From NCBI GenBank assembly GCA_964639985.1, contig CAZXHG010000013.1, positions 1,597 through 65,596 on the forward strand: a DNA stretch of 64,000 bases, in the 5' to 3' direction. Each line of letters begins with the position of its first letter. Positions within the stretch are counted from its first letter, which is position 1. A program made the position numbers and the translations under genes. Under the pieces are notes generated by a model. That model did not search any database. It was given only the letters and a program-made list of their open reading frames with translations, and was not told where the DNA came from. Positions 1 to 6,795 of the stretch are shown piece by piece. This stretch comes from an uncultured Rickettsiales bacterium. GTDB taxonomy: Bacteria > Myxococcota_A > UBA796 > UBA9615 > CAYRNR01.

Positions 1-749
1 GGGTCGATCACCACGACCTTCTGTCCGCCACGGCGGTGGCACTGCACCATGCGGCCGAACAGGGTCGGGTGTCTCTCCGCGGGATCCGCCCCCACGACCA
101 GCACGGCGCCCGCCTCATCCATGGCATCCAGTGGCTGGCTGGCCCCGAAGAATCCGAGCCCTCGCTCCGCAGCCACCACCCCGGCCATGGCGTCCAGCCG
201 CAGGTTGCTCTCCACGGTCGCGCAGCCCAGGAAGCCGCGCAGCAGCCGGTTGAACACGAGGTGGGTCTCGGTGGGCAGACCCACGTCGAGGAAGGTTGCC
301 AGTCCCGAGGGCTTCTTCTTCGCGATCGGTGCCACGTGCTCACCGAGCCAGGCCAGGGCCTGCTCCCACGTCACCGCCTCGAGTCCACCGGTCGAGCCCT
401 TGGTCGCGGGATCACGGCGGAGTAGCGGCTGGCTGACGCGGCGATCCGGGTCCAGTCCCGCCGGGAACGCCATGCCACGGGTGCACAGGCGGCCGTAGTT
501 CACCGGTGACACGGGATCGCCCTTGACGGTCACCGCTCGGCCTCTGCGCACCCCCACGAACAGGGGGTCGGCCATGCCGCACTGGCCGCAGATGCCGCGG
601 TACCAGTGCTCCAGACCAGCCCCGGGGGCATGCAGATCCTGGGACAGCGCCGGGCACAGCCAGCCCAGCGCGGTGCCGCCCAGAGCGGCACTGCAGCCGG
701 TGGCCGCGGCCGCCCTCAACACGTCTCGACGGGTCGGTGTGTTGCCCAT
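1..749 (-). CDS. Tat-exported molybdopterin (Mo/W-bisPGD) oxidoreductase catalytic subunit, NapA/NasA/Fdh-like; runs off the window edge
   Basis: Not in the ORF track; translated by hand from ATG 749: MGNTPTRRDVLRAAAATGC (twin-Arg signal), GICGQCGMAD...KGDPVSPVNYGRLCTRG (N-terminal Fe-S motif), EAVTWEQAL, SNLRLDAM, VLVVGADPAERHP, KVVVID. Starts 4 nt after the upstream stop. Confidence 0.85.
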   Translation of the reverse strand, partial: MGNTPTRRDVLRAAAATGCSAALGGTALGWLCPALSQDLHAPGAGLEHWYRGICGQCGMADPLFVGVRRGRAVTVKGDPVSPVNYGRLCTRGMAFPAGLDPDRRVSQPLLRRDPATKGSTGGLEAVTWEQALAWLGEHVAPIAKKKPSGLATFLDVGLPTETHLVFNRLLRGFLGCATVESNLRLDAMAGVVAAERGLGFFGASQPLDAMDEAGAVLVVGADPAERHPTLFGRMVQCHRRGGQKVVVID

Positions 750-753
750 GGCT

Positions 754-1629
754 CTACCTCCCCCCCGCCTTCCAGGTGGTCAGGATCGGATCCGAATGCT
801 GCAGCCGGTACTCGGAGATCGCGCGGGCATGACACTGCAAGCAGATCTCCACGAACGCCTCCCGTGAAGCCTCGTCCAGCCGGGTCTCGTCGCCCTTCAG
901 CCGCGTCAGCATCCCACTCACGTCGTGGTCCATCACCGTGTCGCAGCGCAGGTCGTTGGTGTGATCGTGTACGTCGGAGAGGCGTACGTGGCACATGTGG
1001 CAGTTGGCGGCCGCGGGCACGTCGTCGGCGTCGAACCCCTCGCGGGCGAAGATCGTGCCCATCTTGGACTGCGCGTAGGTCTGCACGTGTACCGAGTCGC
1101 GGTGGCACGAGTTGCAGGCCGAGGGTTGCTTGACCTCCTCGAGGTCGAACGCGTGGGCGCGGTGGCACGAGTCGCAGCGGATCCCGCTGTCCGGGGTGTC
1201 CGCATGCAGGCCCTTGCGCATGTCCTGCTCTTCCTGGGGGTGGCAGGCCCGACAGCGGTCCGGCCCGGGGTGCGGCACGAACCCGGCCTCGTGCGTGCCG
1301 TGGCACGCCTCGCAGCCGACGCCCACCAGCGCGTGCAGGCTCGTGGCCCAGTCCTCGGTGGCGAACGAGGTCTGGGACGTGGTGTGGCAGTTGAGGCACA
1401 GGCTGGCCACGTGACCGGCGTCCCTGCCCGCGTAGCGCTCACCCACACCCTGGCTGTAGGTGAAGTGGTTGGCGGGCAGCTCCATGTCCAGGAACTCCTG
1501 GCTCCGTCCAGGCGGCACGAGCAGGTCGTCCGGGGCCGGAGGCGGGGCCTCGGCGCGGGTGCACCCCCCGATCCCGACCAGGACGGCCACGATCCAGAGG
1601 GCACTCGAAATCGAAAGTGATTTCAGCAT
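754..1629 (-). CDS. Heptaheme cytochrome c lipoprotein, HAO/octaheme-family fold
   Basis: Seven CxxCH motifs (CLNCH, CEACH, CRACH, CDSCH, CNSCH, CHMCH, CLQCH); lipobox-like LVGIGGC; ATG 1629 preferred over the TTG at 1647. Confidence 0.9.
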   Translation of the reverse strand: MLKSLSISSALWIVAVLVGIGGCTRAEAPPPAPDDLLVPPGRSQEFLDMELPANHFTYSQGVGERYAGRDAGHVASLCLNCHTTSQTSFATEDWATSLHALVGVGCEACHGTHEAGFVPHPGPDRCRACHPQEEQDMRKGLHADTPDSGIRCDSCHRAHAFDLEEVKQPSACNSCHRDSVHVQTYAQSKMGTIFAREGFDADDVPAAANCHMCHVRLSDVHDHTNDLRCDTVMDHDVSGMLTRLKGDETRLDEASREAFVEICLQCHARAISEYRLQHSDPILTTWKAGGR

Positions 1630-1663
1630 CTTGTACCATCCCAACAAAAACGTTGGATTGCTC

Positions 1664-2857
1664 CTACATCACGTGTTCGTACGCCAGGTCCTTCACCCCG
1701 AAGGGATCGTGGCACTGCACGCACACGTTGCGCGTGGCCATCTGCTCGCGCAGCTGGGTGGACACCTCGTCCAGCAGCCGCTCGCCCTCGGACACGTCCC
1801 CGCTCGCCTGCAGCACCACGGCCGCGGCCATGGCCGCGGCGTAGTCCGCGCCCGGCCCGTGGCAGCCCTCGCAGGTCACGCCCTCCTGCAGCCAGGTGTC
1901 GGTGACCGGGTCGTACCCGGTGGTGTGGCACTCCAGGCAGGGGGTGTTGTCCTCCACCGCCTCGAGGCGGTCGAAGGAGGTGAACTTGGTGGCGCGCCAG
2001 CGCTCCACGTGGCGCCGCTGTCGCGCCTCGTGGCAGCGCAGGCAGGCACCGGAGCCCACGTAGGGCACTGGTCTGCCGGACGAATCGTAGCCCGTCGCGT
2101 CGAGGCCCGTCGGAAGCCGCGGACGCCAGTGGGTGGCGTTGGCCGCCCACCAGGTGCGCCAGCGCCCCACGGCCTCGGCTCGTTCGGCCGCGGGCGCGTG
2201 GTACGCGTACCCGAGGTCCCGGCCCGTCAGCCGGCGCAGGCTGGCCACGGCCGCAGCGCGCTCGGCCTTGTCCCGGTGGTCCAGGGCGTCGACCAGCGGC
2301 TCGAGGGTGACTGCCGGGCCGCGGGTCCAGGGGCGCAGCATCATGAAGCGGTGCGCCTCGTCCGAGCGCAGGGCGCGGCCGTTGCCCCCGTGGCAGACCG
2401 TACAACCCCAGCCCTGGTAGGGGCTCTGGGGCCCGAGGCCGGGGTGCGTGGCAGCGAGGTCGTCCATGCCCGGGTGGCAGGTCCCGCAGCGCTCCACAGT
2501 GCCGTCGGGCGTGATCTGCTCGTCGATCCCCCGGGGGCGCTGCTCCCAGCGGGCGAGCCTCGCCTCGGCATGGTCGAGGTCGGCGCGGTACGCGGCCAGG
2601 TGCCGCAGCTCCGCTTCCCCGGCGTCGGGGGAACTCGCGGCCTCCTCGGCGCGGCGGTAGTCCAGGGATCTCTGCACGTCGTCGAACGTCTGTTGCTCGG
2701 CGAGCAGCGAGGCCTGCGCCGCCCCGCGCTGCTCGGCCACTCGCTGTCGCTGCACGGCGCGGTGCTCGGGGAACACCACCCGCCAGCACAGGGCGACCGT
2801 CACGGCCAGCGCGGCCACGGCGGCGATCGCGAAAAGGCGGCTGGGATCGCGGGTCAC
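1664..2857 (-). CDS. Membrane-anchored hexaheme cytochrome c
   Basis: 3' part of track ORF 1664..3457. GTG 2857 with GGAGG upstream, directly after the upstream stop. N-terminal TM helix, six CxxCH (CGTCH, CTVCH, CLRCH, CLECH, CEGCH, CVQCH), C-terminal c554-like YVGSGAC domain. Confidence 0.9.
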   Translation of the reverse strand: MTRDPSRLFAIAAVAALAVTVALCWRVVFPEHRAVQRQRVAEQRGAAQASLLAEQQTFDDVQRSLDYRRAEEAASSPDAGEAELRHLAAYRADLDHAEARLARWEQRPRGIDEQITPDGTVERCGTCHPGMDDLAATHPGLGPQSPYQGWGCTVCHGGNGRALRSDEAHRFMMLRPWTRGPAVTLEPLVDALDHRDKAERAAAVASLRRLTGRDLGYAYHAPAAERAEAVGRWRTWWAANATHWRPRLPTGLDATGYDSSGRPVPYVGSGACLRCHEARQRRHVERWRATKFTSFDRLEAVEDNTPCLECHTTGYDPVTDTWLQEGVTCEGCHGPGADYAAAMAAAVVLQASGDVSEGERLLDEVSTQLREQMATRNVCVQCHDPFGVKDLAYEHVM

Positions 2858-2859
2858 GC

Positions 2860-3534
2860 TCAGTACACCCCCTCCAGCCAGGGCCACACCCAGGCCCAGC
2901 CCGGACCGCGGAACAGGGCGCCGACCAGGGACAGCAGTACGGCCTCCACTGCGATCCAGGCTCCGATCCAGTGCACCGCAGGCCAGCGGGCCAGTCGCGC
3001 CATCGGCCCACGCGGCCGCTGGATCAGGCCGGGTGCGACCGCGAGGGCGCCGAACAGCGCCGTGGGCACCAGCAGGAGCCAGGGCGCGTGGTCCGCGGTC
3101 AGCGTCATCAGCCCCAGCGCGATCACCAGGCCACCGGCCATCAGCGCGGCCCTCCGCGGTTCGTTCGCCTCCCCGGTCCACAGCGGCCGGTGGGTCAGGT
3201 CCGGGCGGGTGTAGGGCACGACCAACAGCAGCACCACCGCGGCCGCGGGCACGGCCACCCCCGAGATCACGGGCGGGTAATAGTGCAGCAGTTCCTGCAG
3301 GCCCACGAAGTACCACGGCGCCTTGCTCGGATCCGGGGTCACAGACGGGTCCGCGATCTCCAGCAGGGGAGCGTCGACCACCAGGGCCAGCACCGACAGC
3401 GCGGCCATCACCAGCAGCCCGGCCGCGCACTCCAGCAGGAAGAAGCGGGGGAACCACGGCACCGTGGGCCGCGGATCACGGTGTGGCCCGTCCGGCGCGA
3501 CGTCGTGCACGCGTTGTCCGCCCGGCGTGGTCAT
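2860..3534 (-). CDS. petD: Cytochrome b/b6 C-terminal subunit (subunit IV / PetD-like)
   Basis: WFPRFF, APL..IADP..TPDPSKAPWYFVGLQELL (PEWY-equivalent), several TM helices; adjacent to cytochrome b6. Confidence 0.9.
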   Translation of the reverse strand: MTTPGGQRVHDVAPDGPHRDPRPTVPWFPRFFLLECAAGLLVMAALSVLALVVDAPLLEIADPSVTPDPSKAPWYFVGLQELLHYYPPVISGVAVPAAAVVLLLVVPYTRPDLTHRPLWTGEANEPRRAALMAGGLVIALGLMTLTADHAPWLLLVPTALFGALAVAPGLIQRPRGPMARLARWPAVHWIGAWIAVEAVLLSLVGALFRGPGWAWVWPWLEGVY

Positions 3535-3538
3535 CGGT

Positions 3539-4273
3539 TCACAGGGGGCGGGTGACGCCCCCGTCCTTTCGTACGCGCCAGAAGTGAAGAGCCATCAGGC
3601 CGACCGTGGCCAGGGGCAGCACGATGCAGTGCAGCACGTAGAAGCGCAGCACGGCTGCGCCGCCCACCTCGTCGCCGCCGAGCAGGAGCCGGCGGAGGAA
3701 CTCGCCCACCAGGGGCACGGACGCCGCCATCTTCGTGCCCACGGACACGGCCCACAGGGCGAGCTGGTCCCAGGGCAGCAGGTAGCCGGTGTAGCTCAGC
3801 GCCAGGGTCAGCAGCAGCAGCGCCACCCCCACCACCCAGTTGAACTCCCGCGGCGGCCGGTAGGCCCGCGCCACGAACACCCGCACCATGTGCAGCAGCA
3901 CCGTGGCCACCATGCCGTGGGCCGCCCAGCGGTGCAGGTTGCGCATGAATGCGCCCGCGGGCACCGCGTACATCAGGTCCTCGATGTCGTGGTAGGCGTC
4001 GGGCACGGTGGGGCGGAACCACACCATCAGGTAGATGCCGGTCACGGTCAGCGCCACGAACAGCAGCGCGGACAGGCCGCCGAGGCAGAACGTGGTGGCG
4101 AAGCGGTAGTCCAGCGGGTGCACCTTCACCGGCCGGATGTGCAGCAGCACGCTGGACAGCACAAACCGGGCGCGGCCGGTGGGGGTGGACTCGTACGCCG
4201 TGCGCACGAACGAACGCCACGGACGCGATCGCGCCACACGCCCCAGCCAGCCCTCGCGCCGTGGCTCGCTCAT
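3539..4273 (-). CDS. petB: Cytochrome b6-type N-terminal subunit (PetB-like)
   Basis: [56 protein letters not shown]; FCLGG heme-ci cysteine; ATG 4273 overlaps the Rieske stop. Confidence 0.95.
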   Translation of the reverse strand: MSEPRREGWLGRVARSRPWRSFVRTAYESTPTGRARFVLSSVLLHIRPVKVHPLDYRFATTFCLGGLSALLFVALTVTGIYLMVWFRPTVPDAYHDIEDLMYAVPAGAFMRNLHRWAAHGMVATVLLHMVRVFVARAYRPPREFNWVVGVALLLLTLALSYTGYLLPWDQLALWAVSVGTKMAASVPLVGEFLRRLLLGGDEVGGAAVLRFYVLHCIVLPLATVGLMALHFWRVRKDGGVTRPL

Positions 4274-4701
4274 GCGGGCTCCCCGTCCGGATCGACCACC
4301 AGCCGGCCCTGGTCGTCCAGGCCCACGGCCACGGCCACCAGGTCTTCCCGCGCTGGACCGTTGAGCACGTGGCCGTCCGGCTCGAAGCGGCTGCCGTGGC
4401 AGGGACAGTGGAAGCGCTCCTCCTCCTCCAGCCACCGCACCACGCAGCCCAGGTGCGGGCAGACCGTGGACAGGGCGTAGAACCCGTCGGCGGTGCGGCC
4501 CACGGCCAGCTGGTCCGCGGGCAGCAGCAGCACGCCGTCCAGCGGGATGTCCTCTGGAAAGCCCGCCACCACCGCTGCGTCGGCGCGCGTCGACGGCCAG
4601 GGCGTGGCGAACCGCAGGGACACGAACGCCCCCAGGCCGCAGGTCGCGGCCAGCGCGGTCGCGCCCTGGCGCAGCAGTCGGCGACGGGTCGGGTCAGCCA
4701 C
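4270..4701 (-). CDS. petC: Rieske 2Fe-2S protein with Tat signal
   Basis: TRRRLLR signal; CPHLGC and CPCHGSRF boxes; GPA motif. Confidence 0.95.
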   Translation of the reverse strand: MADPTRRRLLRQGATALAATCGLGAFVSLRFATPWPSTRADAAVVAGFPEDIPLDGVLLLPADQLAVGRTADGFYALSTVCPHLGCVVRWLEEEERFHCPCHGSRFEPDGHVLNGPAREDLVAVAVGLDDQGRLVVDPDGEPA

Positions 4702-6172
4702 GGTGCGGCTCCTCGCCCAGCTGGTGGGCGGACAGGCACTCGGCCGGACACCGCTCGATGCACAGTCCGCAGCGCAGGCAGCGTGAGCCGTCCCAGTGCA
4801 GCCCGTCCAGCAGGCGCAGCGCGCTCACCGGGCAGCCGTTCACGCAGCGGCCACAGGCCAGGCAGGCGTCGGCGTGGGCGCGCGGACCGACCTGGGTCCA
4901 GCAGTCCAGGCAGCGCCGGCCCTCGGCCGATGGCTCGTCGAGACGAGGGGAGTGGGGTGGGTTGGGGTGGGACGGACCGCGCTCGAACCCGGGGCCGGGG
5001 CCCGGTACGTGGACCGCTCCTCCGGCGAGATCGCGGTCGATGTGGGAGGCCATGGAGTGGCCGTGGGCCACGGCCGCGATCACCGTTCCCGCGCCGGTGA
5101 GGTCGCCGCCGGCGATGCCCCCCGGCGGGGCCTCCAGGCCCGGCGTACGGCCGATGGCGACGACCACGCTGTCCACGGCCAGCCGAGTCCGGCTGGCTGG
5201 CCTCACGCGAGGGCGGTAGCTGCCGCGCGGGTCGTGGTACGTGGCCACCCGCGAGTGGATCACGGCGGTGACCCGATCGTCTCCGTCGATCGAGACGGGG
5301 ACCACGCCAGTGACCTGCCGGACGCCCTCGTCCCGGGCGGCCCGCGCCTCCTGCTGGCGGGCGCGGCCCTCGAGCGAGAGTCGGCGCACCAGCAGGGTCA
5401 CGTCGCGGCCCGTTCGGACCAGCGCGCGCGCGGCGTCGACGGCCGTGTCGCCCCCTCCGATCACGGCCACGTCGTGGCCGAGGCCGAGGTCATCGCCCGC
5501 CACGCCCGCGCGCAACACGTCGAGCCCGTCGTGCACGCCAGGGAGGTCGTGGCCCGGTACGTCGAGTGGCCGACCGCGGGGCAGTCCCGTGGCCACGGCC
5601 ACGCGCTCGAAGCCGTCGGCGAGCAGGTCATCGACCGAGTCCACCGGGGTGCTGCAGCGCAACTCGAACCCCGCGTCGAGCATGGCGCGGACGTCGGCCT
5701 CCAGCGCCTCGGTGGGCAGGCGGAACCGGGGGATGGCGTGGCGCGGCATGCCGCCGGGCTCGGCGTGGGCCTCGAACGCGGTCACGGCGTAGCCGAGCAG
5801 GGCCAGGTCGTAGGCAGCGGTCAGGCCGGCCGGTCCGGCTCCGACGATGGCCACGCGCCGTCCCTCTCCTCGGTCCAATCGGGGTGGCGTGGGAGGGGGC
5901 GTACCGCCCTCGACCGCGACGCGCTTGAGTCGCCGCAGGGCCAGGGGCTCGTCAACGGCCGAACGGGCGCAGGCATCCTCGCAGGGGTGGGTGCAGATGA
6001 AGGCGCAGGTCCGCACGAACGGGTTGCGCAGGGCGGCGAGGCGGAATGCCTCGTCCAGATCACCGCGGGCCACGGCGCGGGCGTAGAGCCCGGCCGGTGT
6101 GTGCACCGGACAGGCCCGTCGGCACCCGATCCCTTCCAGCAGCGGCAGCAGCAGCTCGGGCCGGCTCCCCAT
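4694..6172 (-). CDS. FAD/NAD(P)H-dependent oxidoreductase, GltD/NfnB/DsrL-like, with C-terminal 2x[4Fe-4S] ferredoxin domain
   Basis: CRRACPVH and CAFICTHPCEDAC Fe-S motifs, VAIVGAGPAG (FAD), VIGGGDTAVD (NAD(P)), CLACGRCVNGCP and CLRCGLCIERCP; AGGAG RBS before ATG 6172; no signal peptide. Confidence 0.9.
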   Translation of the reverse strand: MGSRPELLLPLLEGIGCRRACPVHTPAGLYARAVARGDLDEAFRLAALRNPFVRTCAFICTHPCEDACARSAVDEPLALRRLKRVAVEGGTPPPTPPRLDRGEGRRVAIVGAGPAGLTAAYDLALLGYAVTAFEAHAEPGGMPRHAIPRFRLPTEALEADVRAMLDAGFELRCSTPVDSVDDLLADGFERVAVATGLPRGRPLDVPGHDLPGVHDGLDVLRAGVAGDDLGLGHDVAVIGGGDTAVDAARALVRTGRDVTLLVRRLSLEGRARQQEARAARDEGVRQVTGVVPVSIDGDDRVTAVIHSRVATYHDPRGSYRPRVRPASRTRLAVDSVVVAIGRTPGLEAPPGGIAGGDLTGAGTVIAAVAHGHSMASHIDRDLAGGAVHVPGPGPGFERGPSHPNPPHSPRLDEPSAEGRRCLDCWTQVGPRAHADACLACGRCVNGCPVSALRLLDGLHWDGSRCLRCGLCIERCPAECLSAHQLGEEPHRG

Positions 6173-6248
6173 CGACTCCTCGGGTTCGTGCAGCTCTATT
6201 GAACCACAGGCGCGGGGGTCAAATGAAAGGAACGGCGAAGTAATTCCT

Positions 6249-6266
6249 GCCAACAGGATTGTTGGC
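6249..6266. repeat. Perfect 7-bp inverted repeat GCCAACA-GGAT-TGTTGGC
   Basis: Read directly from the intergenic sequence between the cytochrome c stop and the flavoprotein start; function unknown. Confidence 0.5.
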
Positions 6267-6268
6267 CA

Positions 6269-6637
6269 CTACTCCTCGGCGTCGACGCGGTCGAAGTGGT
6301 ACTGCAGGAAGGACTGGATCCTCGCCCCGGTGCCAGGGGAGATACCGGAGTTGGGCTTGCGGGACATGCGGGTCACGTAGCGGCTCCAGTCGTCGCCGCG
6401 GTACTCGGAGTTGATGGATCGGGCCAGGGTGTGGCACTTGCTGCACTTCTTGGCGTACAGCCGGTACAGCTCCTGCATGTCTTCGGGGTAGTCGCTGACG
6501 TCGATGGCGGCCGGGCCGAAGTCGGCGTCGAAGACCTTCTCGTCGCCGTCTTCCTCCTGCGCCAGGCCAGGCGTGGTCATCGCGCCCAGCACCACGATCG
6601 CGGTCACCGTCAGCAGCCATGCCAGCATCGTTCTCAT
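6269..6637 (-). CDS. Exported monoheme cytochrome c
   Basis: Signal peptide ending PGLA-Q; CSKCH; distal Met candidate in YVTRMSRK; GAGG 9 nt before ATG 6637. Confidence 0.85.
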   Translation of the reverse strand: MRTMLAWLLTVTAIVVLGAMTTPGLAQEEDGDEKVFDADFGPAAIDVSDYPEDMQELYRLYAKKCSKCHTLARSINSEYRGDDWSRYVTRMSRKPNSGISPGTGARIQSFLQYHFDRVDAEE

Positions 6638-6795
6638 CGCATCCATCCTCGTCGTGTGGGGTACGACGTGCGGGTGCGCCCGCGTATTCACAACCGCACC
6701 GCCGCGGACCATGGTGATCGGTTCGGCGGACGCCAGCAAGTGCAATTGCGCAGGGGAGTGGTTCGGGATAGCTTGTGGCCTTTCTGGAGGACGCC

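Noticed and set aside
1-749. Calling the first gene napA or nuoG
   Set aside because: The Tat signal argues against NuoG; the Cys-to-Asp changes at two key sites and the missing C-terminus prevent a NapA call.
1460-3214. Long antisense or alternate-frame ORFs (also 6688-8988, 12602-14947, 16331-18301, 44382-45764, 51510-54311, 59995-62436)
   Set aside because: They shadow well-supported genes. High GC and strong codon bias suppress stops in other frames, and the translations are Arg/Pro/Gly-rich without motifs.
754-6172. Inferring anammox or hydroxylamine oxidation from the HAO-like and bc-type genes
   Set aside because: The catalytic heme segment appears absent and no hydrazine synthase or other pathway genes are in the window; only the architecture is similar.
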